Counted from the stretch's first letter, positions 8,623 to 18,264 are shown. The stretch is 34,151 bases of DNA from an uncultured Lachnospiraceae bacterium (GCA_964580615.1 CAZOMK010000001.1:1-34151), one strand, 5' to 3'. Notes: generated by a model from the letters alone, not told the origin. Translations and numbers: made by a program.

Positions 8623-9657
8623 ATGTTTTACACGACCGAGGAATATATGCGTCTGCGCTTTGAGCGCTTCGGACGAAGGCTCGCGCACAAGGCTCGAAGC
8701 ACTGACGAGCACGAGGCATGGTATGCGGAGCTTTCTTCGCGTCTTTCCGATGCTCTCGGAATTTCGCGCGCGCTCCCCTGTCCGCCCGCCCAGAAGCTGC
8801 TTGAATCGGTACGCTTTGAAAAAAACGCGCAAGGCAACGGATTTACGCGCGAAAAATGGCTGATTGAGACGGAGCCCACCGTCTTTATGCCGTTTTATCT
8901 GCTCGTTCCCGACAAGCCGAACGGCTGCGCGATGATCAACCCGCACGGTCACGGCGGCGGAAAGGAGCTTTGTCTCGGCTTCACGCAGTCCGGCGAGCTT
9001 TTGCCGTCCGAATCATTCGGAGTTACGCTTGCGCGCAACGGCTTTTACGTTGCCGCACCGGACGCAAGAGGTGCCGGCGAGCGCCGCGAGCGCGGTCAGC
9101 AAAAGGACGGAATGGAGGGCGCAAGCTCTCATCGCGAAATGCTGAATGCGGAAATTTGTCTCGGAATAACACCGCTCGGCGGCATGGTGTGGGACTTGAT
9201 GCGTCTCATTGATTTTCTGTCCGAGCATGACGGCATCGCCCCCGACAGGATCGGCTGCGCGGGGATGAGCGGCGGCGGAATGCAAACGATATACACCGCC
9301 GCGCTCGACAAACGCATCTCTCTCGCGATAACAAGCGGTTATTTTTACGGCTTTTACGACGCACTTTTGTGTCAGCCCGCAAACTGCGGCTGTAATTTCG
9401 CGCCGCATCTTTACGAGATCGCCGACATGGGCGACATCGGTGCGATGATCGCGCCGCGTCCGTTTTTCATCGAATCCGGCATCAACGATCACTTAAACGG
9501 CAAATCCGGCATCGACAACGTATACTCGCAGGTCAAGATCGCGCGCGAGGCATACGGTCTTTACGGTGCCGACGACAAGCTCGTCCATTCCGTGCACGGC
9601 GGCGTCCACGAATGGATCGGTAACGGAATGCTTGAATTCATCAAAGCAAATCTCTGA
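8623..9657 (+). CDS. alpha/beta hydrolase (possible carbohydrate or other esterase)
   Basis: It has a GxSxG nucleophile elbow (GCAGMSGGG), NPHGHGGG, and C-terminal Asp/His candidates. GAGGT lies 6 nt before the ATG. Confidence 0.7.
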   Translation: MFYTTEEYMRLRFERFGRRLAHKARSTDEHEAWYAELSSRLSDALGISRALPCPPAQKLLESVRFEKNAQGNGFTREKWLIETEPTVFMPFYLLVPDKPNGCAMINPHGHGGGKELCLGFTQSGELLPSESFGVTLARNGFYVAAPDARGAGERRERGQQKDGMEGASSHREMLNAEICLGITPLGGMVWDLMRLIDFLSEHDGIAPDRIGCAGMSGGGMQTIYTAALDKRISLAITSGYFYGFYDALLCQPANCGCNFAPHLYEIADMGDIGAMIAPRPFFIESGINDHLNGKSGIDNVYSQVKIAREAYGLYGADDKLVHSVHGGVHEWIGNGMLEFIKANL

Positions 9658-9687
9658 GCTTTCATTTTTTACCTTGAATACGCAAAG

Positions 9688-9724
9688 TCCCCGACGAAAA
9701 AAATATCGTCGGGGATTTTTATTT
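9688..9724 (+). terminator. rho-independent terminator after the hydrolase gene
   Basis: A 9-bp stem, TCCCCGACG (9688-9696) pairing with CGTCGGGGA (9707-9715), is followed by TTTTTATTT. Confidence 0.8.
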
Positions 9725-9742
9725 CGAAAGGACGGTAAAAGC

Positions 9743-9964
9743 ATGAGCATCACCGAAAAACACCGCTTCGACGCCGACACAGACGTAAGCCTTCCCGTCG
9801 GCTTAACTGTTGCGTTCGCGCAAAACACAGACGCGTTCGTCCGCTTCACGGCGCTTTCGCCTGTCGAGCAGGACGAGCTGATCGACGCGGCAAAGCAAGT
9901 CAAGACGAAAAGGGAGCTTTTGCGGCTCATTGATTCGATAAAGCACGAACAGACACGATCATAA
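9743..9964 (+). CDS. 73-aa hypothetical protein
   Basis: The ATG at 9743 follows AAAGGA. The pattern LPVGL..A....DAFVRFTALSP..QDELI..AK...TK is loosely reminiscent of YdeI/OmdA-type helical domains, from memory only. The track ORF from 9566 is an over-extension. Confidence 0.5.
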   Translation: MSITEKHRFDADTDVSLPVGLTVAFAQNTDAFVRFTALSPVEQDELIDAAKQVKTKRELLRLIDSIKHEQTRS

Positions 9965-9974
9965 AAGCAAAAAA

Positions 9975-10015
9975 ATGTGCGTAACCAAACGGCATACGCA
10001 CATTTTTGTTTTATT
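9975..10015. terminator. bidirectional rho-independent terminator
   Basis: A 9-bp stem, ATGTGCGTA (9975-9983) pairing with TACGCACAT (9995-10003), is flanked by an A-run upstream and TTTTTGTTTTATTT downstream. It sits between convergent genes. Confidence 0.8.
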
Positions 10016-10021
10016 TAGATC

Positions 10022-10522
10022 TTATGTGGCAACCGTTGACGCAGGCTCTTTCGAAAAGAGCTTTTTCAGTGCAAAAAAGATCACATAACCGACAGCCGCG
10101 CCGACAACATTCAAAATCATATCGTCAACGTCAAAGCTTCCGCGTCTCAGCACAAGCTGGAGCAGTTCGATCACGAAGGACACGCCAAGGGAAGCTGTGG
10201 CACAGCGCCAAAGCTTACCGAGCTTTTCGAAAAAGAACGGAATAATAACGCCGAGCGGAACAAACAGCGCTATGCTTCCGAGGTCATTGTACACTACTGT
10301 CTCAACATTTATCGTATCTGCGGCAAGGCGTCTTGCGTATTCGGCAAGCGTTGCAAACGGAACGAGATTTGTGTACGCTTTAACGTAGCTTACAAACGAC
10401 CAATCCGAATTTGCGCCTGCGCCCTTGCCGACAAACAAAACGAACACCAAGACGAGGGCATATAATGCGGTTAAGATCCGCATGAGCAACTGATTTGTGC
10501 GATTGATCGTTTCGTGATTCAT
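10022..10522 (-). CDS. VanZ family membrane protein
   Basis: The ATG at 10522 follows AAAGGAAG. It has four hydrophobic helices with NLVPFATL and DDMILNVVGAAVGY, typical of VanZ-like proteins. The track ORF to 10615 is over-extended. Confidence 0.8.
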   Translation of the reverse strand: MNHETINRTNQLLMRILTALYALVLVFVLFVGKGAGANSDWSFVSYVKAYTNLVPFATLAEYARRLAADTINVETVVYNDLGSIALFVPLGVIIPFFFEKLGKLWRCATASLGVSFVIELLQLVLRRGSFDVDDMILNVVGAAVGYVIFFALKKLFSKEPASTVAT

Positions 10523-10582
10523 GATAAGCTTCCTTTCTTTTCCTGTTTTCGTTTTTGTTGACAAATGTCTCAATCTAAGTAC

Positions 10583-10615
10583 AGGATACCACTCCCCCCC
10601 CCCGATTTTTGTCAA
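10583..10615 (-). promoter_or_regulatory. candidate promoter of the VanZ-like gene with a G10 tract in the spacer
   Basis: The minus strand reads TTGACA (10615-10610), a 21-nt spacer containing G10, then TGgTATCCT (extended -10, hexamer 10588-10583). Confidence 0.4.
10594..10603. repeat. C10/G10 homopolymer tract
   Basis: Ten consecutive C residues counted on the + strand, in the divergent intergenic region. Confidence 0.95.
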
Positions 10616-10710
10616 TCCTTTTTTTGGAATATGTCGGATTTTTGTGCAATTAATTTACCCGAACGATATTTCTCAAATTCTCAAAAATTGTAGCATATTA
10701 CGAAAATAAA

Positions 10711-10719
10711 TGGTATAAT
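10711..10719 (+). promoter_or_regulatory. extended -10 promoter element upstream of the GH2 operon
   Basis: TGgTATAAT is a perfect extended -10. There is no good -35. It lies about 65 nt upstream of the GH2 start. Confidence 0.5.
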
Positions 10720-10783
10720 GACCTTGAAGGATTTTACCCTCACCAATTACAATAAACACAATAACGTTTTCCAGAGGTGCACT

Positions 10784-13700
10784 ATGACCGAACGCAAGCT
10801 TTTCTGCGACGGCTGGAGCTTCCGCGAAGCTCCGCTCGATACTCCGTATGAGGATGCTCTTTCCGGCGATTTCACTCCCGTTGAGATTCCTCACGACTAT
10901 ATGATCTATGATGTAAACGCGCTTTACCGCAACGGCGAGGGCTGGTACAAGCGTACCTTGAACCACACCGCCGACGGAAAGCTGTACATTCTCCGCTTTG
11001 AGGGCGTTTATATGAACGCGACCGTGTTCGTCAACGGCGAAGCCGTTTTCGAGTGGAAGTACGGCTATTCCACCTTTGAAGCAGATATCACCGCTTCCCT
11101 TCGCGACGGCGAAAACGTGATCGTCGTTCGCTGTGTTTACCGCGATCCGAACACACGTTGGTATTCCGGCGCGGGAATTTATCGCCGCGTTTGGCTTATA
11201 ACGGCTGACGAGGCGCGTCTGCCCTCTGACGGCGTGTACATATCGGCGATCAAGGGCGATGACGGCTGGAACGTCCACGTTGACACCGAAAAGCTCGGCG
11301 CAGGCGAGATCAAAAGCACTGTTCTCGACGCAGACGGCAACGCAGTTGCCTCCGCAGACGGCACATCCGCTGTCATTCATGTCGATTCGCCCCGTCTTTG
11401 GGATCCCGACGACCCGTATCTCTACACGCTCCTGACGGAATTCACCGCAGACGGCAAGCTGATCGACCGCGCCGAAAACAAATTCGGCTTCAGAACGGCT
11501 GAATTTGACCGTAACCGCGGCTTCATCCTAAACGGACGTTCCTATAAGCTTCACGGCGTCTGCGAGCATCACGACAACGGTGCGCTCGGCACCGCCATCA
11601 ACCCCTATGCGCTCAGAAGAAAGATCGAAAAGCTCAAAACAATGGGCGTAAATTCGATCCGTACTTCGCATAATATGCCCGCAGTTGAGCTCGTTGAGCT
11701 TTGCGACGAAACGGGCATCGTCATAATCGACGAAGCGTTCGATATGTGGGAATACCACAAGACAGAGCACGACTACGCCGAATTCTTCAAGGATTGGTAC
11801 CGTCGCGACGTCGAGGCTTGGATCAAGCGCGACAGGAATCACCCGTGCGTCATCATGTGGAGCATCGGTAACGAGATCGGAGACACGACAAACCGCCGCG
11901 GCTTTGAGGTAACGGCAGCGCTCGCCGCCGAGGTTCGTCTGCACGATCCGAGAAGAAACGCCGCCGTCACGATCGGCTCGAACCACATGAGATCCGATTG
12001 GGCACAAAAATGCGCGCATTTGATTGACACCGTCGGTTACAACTACGCAGAATCCCTCTACGACTCTCATCGCAAAAAGCACCCCCATTACTGCATCTAC
12101 GGCTCCGAGACATCCTCTACTATCCAAAGCCGCGGAATATATCACTTCCCTCACGAGGATAAATCGGTCACTCACGACGATCACCAGTGCTCCTCCATCT
12201 TCAACTGCACAACGTCGTGGGCATCCCCAAACACAGAATACAATATCACTCGCGACAGAGCTGCCGAATATTGCGCCGGTCAGTACATTTGGACAGGCTT
12301 TGACTACATCGGCGAGCCTACCCCCTACGATACGAAAAACTCTTACTTCGGTCAGATAGACACAGCGGGCTTCCCGAAGGATTCCTACTACGCATACCGC
12401 GCGGAATGGACAAGCGCCGACAAAGCACCGATGGTACACATCACCCCCTCCGTTTGGGACTTTAACGAGGGCGAGATCATCGACGTTACAGTCCACACGA
12501 ACGCGGCAAAAAGTGAGCTTTACAATAACGGAGTGCTCGTCGGCTCGTTTGAGCACGATCACAGCGTCTCTGGAATGAAGATATCCGAATTTTACAAGAT
12601 CCCCTACACGAAGGGCACTCTTTCCGCCATCGCATACGACGAAAACGGCAACGTTGTCGCTCGCGATGAGGTGAAGTCCTTCGGCGACCCTGCGCGCATT
12701 GTGCTTGAGCCCGAAAAATCAACGCTTTACGCAAACGGACGCGATCTGATCTACGTCGCGATCTCAACTGTTGACGAAAACGGAATTTTCGTCGGCAACG
12801 GACGTTCGAGAATGAATGTTTCCGTGTCCGGTGCTGGACGTCTTGTCGGTCTCGATAACGGTGACTCCACCGACTACGAGCCCTACAAATGCACATCCCG
12901 TCGTCTGTTCTCCGGCAGACTTGTCGCAATTATCGCTTCAAACGGCAAAGCCGGCGACATTTTCGTCAAGGTTTCATCTCCCTCGCTTCCCGATGCAGAC
13001 GTAACCTTGACTGCAATCCCCGCCGAGGTTCCCGCCGGAATCGAGATTCTCGACAAATGCGAAATTTTCGAGCCGTCAAACGAAATTCCGCTCAGAAAGC
13101 TCGAAATCTCTCTTGACGGAAGTCACACACTCACAAAGGAAGCGCCCTCTGCAAAAATATCGCTCAAGCGCTTCCCCGTAAACGCAGACAGCTTTGAAAT
13201 AACATGGGCTGCTTACTCGCGCGGCGTTCGAACAGACAGCGTTAAGATCGAACTCTGTGATGACGGTGCCGTTATCACAGCGCTTGCGGACGGCGAATAT
13301 CGCGTCCGCGTCTCCTCCAAAAACGGCACCCCCTACGACGCGATTTGGTCCGAGATCTGCTTCACCGCAGAGGGACTCGGCGAGCTTCGCATCAACCCGT
13401 ACAAATGGGTGCACGCAGTCCTCGCCGATACGGTGACCGAGCCCAATATGCCGGAGGCGGAAGGCGGCTGTCGCTTCTTGGACAACAACGGCTGTGCGAT
13501 CTTCAAAAATGTTGACTTCGGCAAAAACGGCGTTTCAAGCCTTGAAATTTCGCTTATGCGCGCTCACATGAACGATCTCCCCTTCTCGATCTATGACGTG
13601 ACGGACGGCAAAGACGAGCTGATCGACAGCTTCGGCTTTACTGCAACGGACGTTTGGTACGTATATTCGTCAAATCATTACGCGATCTCAACAGCGCTCA

Positions 13701-14116
13701 AGGGCGTACACGATATCAAATTCGTATTCTCACGTTCGCTTGTGTTCGGCGGCTTCAAATTCACGGAAAACAATCCCGCATACAGCGGAATATGCGCCGC
13801 GGACTGCGATGTCGTTTACGGTGACGCATACGACAAACGCGCAGACGGAATCTACGGAATCGGCAACAACGTAACGGTTCGTTTCGCGGAGCTTGATCTT
13901 TCCGAGGGTGCAGCCTCCGTTACGATCCGCGCAACGACAAGAAACGCTCACGATGCGATCCGTCTTACTGTCGGTGAGACATCGTATTCGATCGAATTCG
14001 ACAACGGCGCCGACAGCGCAACAGTTCCCGTCGAGATATCGGGTATTGTGACGGCGGATCTCGTGTTCCTGCCCGGAGCAAACTTCGATCTTTTCGAGAT
14101 AAAATTCAACAAATAA
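10784..14116 (+). CDS. glycoside hydrolase family 2 (beta-galactosidase/beta-glucuronidase type) with C-terminal CBM6/35-like modules
   Basis: The ATG at 10784 follows AGAGGTG. It has a GH2 sugar-binding N-terminus (WYKR...LRFEGVYMNATVFVNGE, RWYSGAGIYRRVWL). It also has acid/base MWSIGNE and nucleophile region IYGSETSS. Two distal jelly-roll-like repeats are present (FKNVDFGKNGVSSLEISL; VRFAELDLSEGAASVTIRA). No signal peptide. Confidence 0.9.
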   Translation: MTERKLFCDGWSFREAPLDTPYEDALSGDFTPVEIPHDYMIYDVNALYRNGEGWYKRTLNHTADGKLYILRFEGVYMNATVFVNGEAVFEWKYGYSTFEADITASLRDGENVIVVRCVYRDPNTRWYSGAGIYRRVWLITADEARLPSDGVYISAIKGDDGWNVHVDTEKLGAGEIKSTVLDADGNAVASADGTSAVIHVDSPRLWDPDDPYLYTLLTEFTADGKLIDRAENKFGFRTAEFDRNRGFILNGRSYKLHGVCEHHDNGALGTAINPYALRRKIEKLKTMGVNSIRTSHNMPAVELVELCDETGIVIIDEAFDMWEYHKTEHDYAEFFKDWYRRDVEAWIKRDRNHPCVIMWSIGNEIGDTTNRRGFEVTAALAAEVRLHDPRRNAAVTIGSNHMRSDWAQKCAHLIDTVGYNYAESLYDSHRKKHPHYCIYGSETSSTIQSRGIYHFPHEDKSVTHDDHQCSSIFNCTTSWASPNTEYNITRDRAAEYCAGQYIWTGFDYIGEPTPYDTKNSYFGQIDTAGFPKDSYYAYRAEWTSADKAPMVHITPSVWDFNEGEIIDVTVHTNAAKSELYNNGVLVGSFEHDHSVSGMKISEFYKIPYTKGTLSAIAYDENGNVVARDEVKSFGDPARIVLEPEKSTLYANGRDLIYVAISTVDENGIFVGNGRSRMNVSVSGAGRLVGLDNGDSTDYEPYKCTSRRLFSGRLVAIIASNGKAGDIFVKVSSPSLPDADVTLTAIPAEVPAGIEILDKCEIFEPSNEIPLRKLEISLDGSHTLTKEAPSAKISLKRFPVNADSFEITWAAYSRGVRTDSVKIELCDDGAVITALADGEYRVRVSSKNGTPYDAIWSEICFTAEGLGELRINPYKWVHAVLADTVTEPNMPEAEGGCRFLDNNGCAIFKNVDFGKNGVSSLEISLMRAHMNDLPFSIYDVTDGKDELIDSFGFTATDVWYVYSSNHYAISTALKGVHDIKFVFSRSLVFGGFKFTENNPAYSGICAADCDVVYGDAYDKRADGIYGIGNNVTVRFAELDLSEGAASVTIRATTRNAHDAIRLTVGETSYSIEFDNGADSATVPVEISGIVTADLVFLPGANFDLFEIKFNK

Positions 14117-14132
14117 TGAAAACGGAGCCGAT

Positions 14133-17100
14133 ATGAAAAACACAGATTTTATTTTCGTAAAAGCAAAGGATCAAAACGATCCTGAAAACATCTTCGGTGA
14201 ATATCATACCTCGGATTGGGTAAGCGCCGGAAAATGGACGCTTGAAGAGGGCGCTCCCGCCGGAACTTGGGGCGTCCATGAGGACTACAAAACATATTAT
14301 CGTCACGCGTCTGGCTCCCCTCTCGCCCATTCGCTCACGTCGTACACCGATTTTGACTATCTTATAACAGTGCAGTTTAACTCTCACGGCACAGCCGACG
14401 TCGTTTTCCGCATGACGGACGAGAAAAATTACTATTTTCTCCGTCTCGACACGCTAACTCACGGTGCGTTTTTCGGCGTGTGCAAGGACGGCGCGCCGAC
14501 TGTCAAGCGCGTTGCAAAGATAGACATTGAGCTTGAAATCTGTATGCACGTCAGAGTCATTTGCAAGGGCGAGCACATATCGGTTCGCATACAAAATGAC
14601 AAAGAAGCAAGCTTCTTCCGCGACGAAAATCCTGGTGTTCCCGTTGCGGATCTGTGCGACGCGACACATTCGCACGGAGTCTGCGGCTTTATTTCGCACA
14701 CGGCGTCCGGCTTTAACAACGTTTCGGTGGTCGATATCTCTCATGATATCGCCATCGAAAACGAGATCTTCTCCGTCATCACGGGCACTTACGGCGAAAT
14801 CAAGTCGCTCAAGCTGAAAAACGAGCCTTATGACACCAATTTTGTCACAAACGAGTCCGAGCATCGCTATGAGATCGGCGCGGATCAGTTTTTCGGCGAG
14901 ATGCGCTTCAATTACGCTGTCGGAGACGACAGTGCGCGCGAGGTCACAACGGGCGCTTCCGCCGACATTAGGCACATCGAAAAGCTTTCGGACTCGGAAA
15001 TATCCGTTTGCTACCGTGCGGATTCCGCCGAAAAGAGCGGACTTTGCGGCAAAAGCGACTTTGCGCTCAAGGAGCGCTATTCGCTTGAGGGCGATCACTT
15101 GAGATTCGACATCGACATCGAAAACGTAAGCGGCAAGGCGATAACCTTTTACGACATCTGCCTACCGATATCGTGGAACAATCATTGGCAGTTTGAGTCT
15201 CCGTACGAAAAATATCTCGCCGCAACGGACAATTACATCTCATACGACGCCTCTTACCTCGTGCTTGAACGCGCCAAGGGCGGCGGAAACAAGCTCGTGT
15301 TCACGCTCGATCCGTCAACGGACACCTCCCTCGAATACAGAACACTCCGTTCGACTCAGATCACCTGGGCAAATCCCCCCGAATATTATTACATAAAAAG
15401 TCTCGCCGCAAATAAGGGCAAGCATTCCTATCTCGAAAGCACGTCGCTTACGCTCGGCGCAGGTGAAAAGAAGCATTACTCCTTCCTGCTCCACAAGATC
15501 GCATCCGATCACGACGAGCTCGGTAAGCTGCTTTACAGAGAGGGTCTTGTCGATATAAGCGTCGTCCCCGGCATGATCCTGCCGACAAATCTCAAGGCTA
15601 CGGTTGATCTGCACACAAAGCATCAGATCACGTCCGTTACCGCATCCGATCCGTCCGCAAGGATACATAAGCTCCGCGAATTCGACGATCACAGCATATA
15701 CGAGATTGAATTTTCGAAGCTCGGACGCAACGACGTCACGTACAATTACGGCGACGGCAAACGCGGCGTGCTTCAATTCTGGATCGAGGAGCCGCTTGCG
15801 GACGCAATACAACGCAGAGTTGATTTTTTGATTGAAAATTGCCGCATAACAGACGAAAACGATCCGCATTATCTCAGCTTCTTCGAATGGGACAACTCCA
15901 AAAACGTCGCAAAGCTCGGCGGAAACAATTGCAGCAACAACGATTTCGAGCAAATGTACGACGCCCCCGCTTTCATCCTCGAAAAGCAGGTGTACAGTCC
16001 CGTACAGAGCGAAATTTCCGTCACAGACGATTATCTCGTAGATCTCGTTTGGGAAAAGGAAGTCATTCACGGCGGTGAATATGACGGATATCTCTGTCAC
16101 AAATGCTGTCACGGACGCTGCTGGAGCGATCCGTTTCCTGCCGCAGAGCCTTACCTCTGCACTCGCGGATATAACTATCCGAGAATGTACAACTCTTTCT
16201 ATTCGATGTACAAAACCGCTGTCAGATACCCGAATTTGAAGTACAGATGGAAAGCCGCCGACTACCTCGAAGCCGCCGCGCTCATTCTTCGTTCGTCGCT
16301 GATACTTGAGCCTTGGGTCGGACTTATGGGCGAGCAAACAGTCCCCGACATAATCGCCGCGCTCCGCACCGAGGGCAAAAACTCGCTCGCGGACGAAATA
16401 TACTGTCTTGCGATCGAAAAATGCAACACGATGAACAGTCAGGCGTATCCGTTCGGCTCCGAATTCGGCACCGACAGCACGGGCGAGGAGGGCGCGTACT
16501 TCTTCTCCAAGCTCGGCGGCAACACAAACGCAATGAAGGTGACGATAGATAAATCCGTCGCTTGGACGGGTAAGGTGCCCGTTTGGTATTGGCAAACGAC
16601 GGGAAACCGTCAGGACATGGAATGGTGGCTGTTCCAATACACTGTCGGACTGCACGGCAAGATCTTCGACGATTACTTCGGAAGCGTTGTTGACGACGGA
16701 GACGCAATGTGGAAATTCGTTTACCCCTTCAAGCTCTCTCCGTTCGCTCACATCAATTCGGGTCAGCCGGAGCTCATCGGCAAGGTCGGCACAAACTGGG
16801 GCAACTATCACGCATCGTTTGTTTACGATTGGGATCACGGCTTCCCGTACAGCGAATCTGCCGAATCGGACATTTCGCTTTGGGCGGGGCTTCAGCTCCT
16901 CTCATCCGACGTCGTGACAAACGATCCAGTGCTCGGACTTGTCGGATACGGCTGTAACGTCACCGAAAGCGATGACAAATTCACCGTCATTCCCGCAGAC
17001 GGACTTTTCCACCGTCTCAATTTCGTTGACAAGCATATATCTGTTACGCTTGAAACGGACAGTCTCACAAAAGCGGAGCTTGACAAAGACGTCTGCACGC

Positions 17101-17294
17101 TCTCCCTCTCCGTTAGAAAGACGGCGGGCACGTCCGAAACAGGCTGTTTCACCGTTTCCGGCGTTGCTTCGGGTAAATATTCCGTCTCCGTCAACAAAAA
17201 GGTGCAGTCTGAGCTTGACATAGACGGCAAAACAGCCGTACATTACGAGCTTACGTCCGAGACAGGATGTGTGACGATCAAAAAAATCGGCTGA
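14133..17294 (+). CDS. 1053-aa cytoplasmic protein of unknown function (putative new glycan-active enzyme)
   Basis: A long ORF with ACGGAG 5 nt upstream and 16/22-nt gaps to the flanking GH genes. The N-terminal ~200 aa look like a LamG/DUF1080-type jelly roll. The C-terminal half is aromatic-rich and carries the Cys/His cluster CHKCCHGRC. No signal peptide. Confidence is for it being coding, not for function. Confidence 0.85.
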   Translation: MKNTDFIFVKAKDQNDPENIFGEYHTSDWVSAGKWTLEEGAPAGTWGVHEDYKTYYRHASGSPLAHSLTSYTDFDYLITVQFNSHGTADVVFRMTDEKNYYFLRLDTLTHGAFFGVCKDGAPTVKRVAKIDIELEICMHVRVICKGEHISVRIQNDKEASFFRDENPGVPVADLCDATHSHGVCGFISHTASGFNNVSVVDISHDIAIENEIFSVITGTYGEIKSLKLKNEPYDTNFVTNESEHRYEIGADQFFGEMRFNYAVGDDSAREVTTGASADIRHIEKLSDSEISVCYRADSAEKSGLCGKSDFALKERYSLEGDHLRFDIDIENVSGKAITFYDICLPISWNNHWQFESPYEKYLAATDNYISYDASYLVLERAKGGGNKLVFTLDPSTDTSLEYRTLRSTQITWANPPEYYYIKSLAANKGKHSYLESTSLTLGAGEKKHYSFLLHKIASDHDELGKLLYREGLVDISVVPGMILPTNLKATVDLHTKHQITSVTASDPSARIHKLREFDDHSIYEIEFSKLGRNDVTYNYGDGKRGVLQFWIEEPLADAIQRRVDFLIENCRITDENDPHYLSFFEWDNSKNVAKLGGNNCSNNDFEQMYDAPAFILEKQVYSPVQSEISVTDDYLVDLVWEKEVIHGGEYDGYLCHKCCHGRCWSDPFPAAEPYLCTRGYNYPRMYNSFYSMYKTAVRYPNLKYRWKAADYLEAAALILRSSLILEPWVGLMGEQTVPDIIAALRTEGKNSLADEIYCLAIEKCNTMNSQAYPFGSEFGTDSTGEEGAYFFSKLGGNTNAMKVTIDKSVAWTGKVPVWYWQTTGNRQDMEWWLFQYTVGLHGKIFDDYFGSVVDDGDAMWKFVYPFKLSPFAHINSGQPELIGKVGTNWGNYHASFVYDWDHGFPYSESAESDISLWAGLQLLSSDVVTNDPVLGLVGYGCNVTESDDKFTVIPADGLFHRLNFVDKHISVTLETDSLTKAELDKDVCTLSLSVRKTAGTSETGCFTVSGVASGKYSVSVNKKVQSELDIDGKTAVHYELTSETGCVTIKKIG

Positions 17295-17316
17295 TTCCAA
17301 AAGAAAGGTCTTTAAC

Positions 17317-18240
17317 ATGAAAAACGGTCAATTTATTTACGATACAAACGGCAATTTGCTTCACGCGCACGGCGGATACATCATCCGCCACGGCGACTTT
17401 TACTATTGGTACGGCGAGGACAGAACGGACGACAATTACGTCTCCTGCTACCGTTCCTCGGATCTCAAAGCATGGGAATTCCGTAATCACATCCTCTCGG
17501 CAAGCAGTCCTTACGAGTATTTCAGAGTTCGTACCGGACTTCAGCTCCGCTCCGAGACGGGCGGCAAGGTAAACATCGAGCGCCCCAAGGTACTTTATAA
17601 CGAGCTGACGGGTAAATTCGTCCTCTGGGCGCACTACGAAAACGGCAAGGATTATAACGATGCCGCGTGCTGCATCGCAACCTGCGACACACCGGACGGT
17701 GATTTCGTATATCACGGTCATTTCAATCCCTGCGGCTACATGAGCCGCGACTGTACGCTTTTCCGCGACGATGACGGCACCGCGTACTTCATCTCCGCCT
17801 CGCGCGACAATGCGGATCTTCATGTTTATCGTCTTGCGGACGACTATATGAACGTCGATAAGCTTGTAAACGTGCTTTATCAGGGCGAATACAGAGAAGC
17901 GCCCGCAGTGTTCAAAAAAGGCGGCAAATATTATATGCTCTCTTCCTTCTGCACCGGTTGGGCTCCGAATCAGGGCTGTTGGTGCGTCGCGGACGCAATG
18001 GACGGCAAATGGTCGCTCCTGCGCGATTTCGGCGACAACAAGACCTTTTACAGTCAGCCTGCGTTCGTTCTCCCGCTTGAGCAGAACGGCGAGACCGAAT
18101 ACGTCTACTTCGGCGACAGATGGGGCGATCCCTTCACTCATCCCTTCGATTATTTCAAGTCCACATACGTTATTCTCAAGATCAACTTTGACGAAACAGG
18201 CGCGCCGTACATAGTCTGGTCAGACGACGCTCCGATATAA
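17317..18240 (+). CDS. GH43-like five-bladed beta-propeller glycosidase, possibly the exo-beta-1,3-galactanase-like subgroup
   Basis: Motifs present: HAHGGYIIRHGDFYYWYGED, ERPKVLYNELTGKFVLWAHYE, SRDCTLFRDDDGTAYFIS and REAPAVFKKGGKYYMLSSFCTGWAPN. It lacks the usual N-terminal DP base motif. The subfamily call is from memory and unverified. No signal peptide. Confidence 0.8.
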   Translation: MKNGQFIYDTNGNLLHAHGGYIIRHGDFYYWYGEDRTDDNYVSCYRSSDLKAWEFRNHILSASSPYEYFRVRTGLQLRSETGGKVNIERPKVLYNELTGKFVLWAHYENGKDYNDAACCIATCDTPDGDFVYHGHFNPCGYMSRDCTLFRDDDGTAYFISASRDNADLHVYRLADDYMNVDKLVNVLYQGEYREAPAVFKKGGKYYMLSSFCTGWAPNQGCWCVADAMDGKWSLLRDFGDNKTFYSQPAFVLPLEQNGETEYVYFGDRWGDPFTHPFDYFKSTYVILKINFDETGAPYIVWSDDAPI

Positions 18241-18264
18241 AATATTTTTAAGGAGGCTCCTTCC

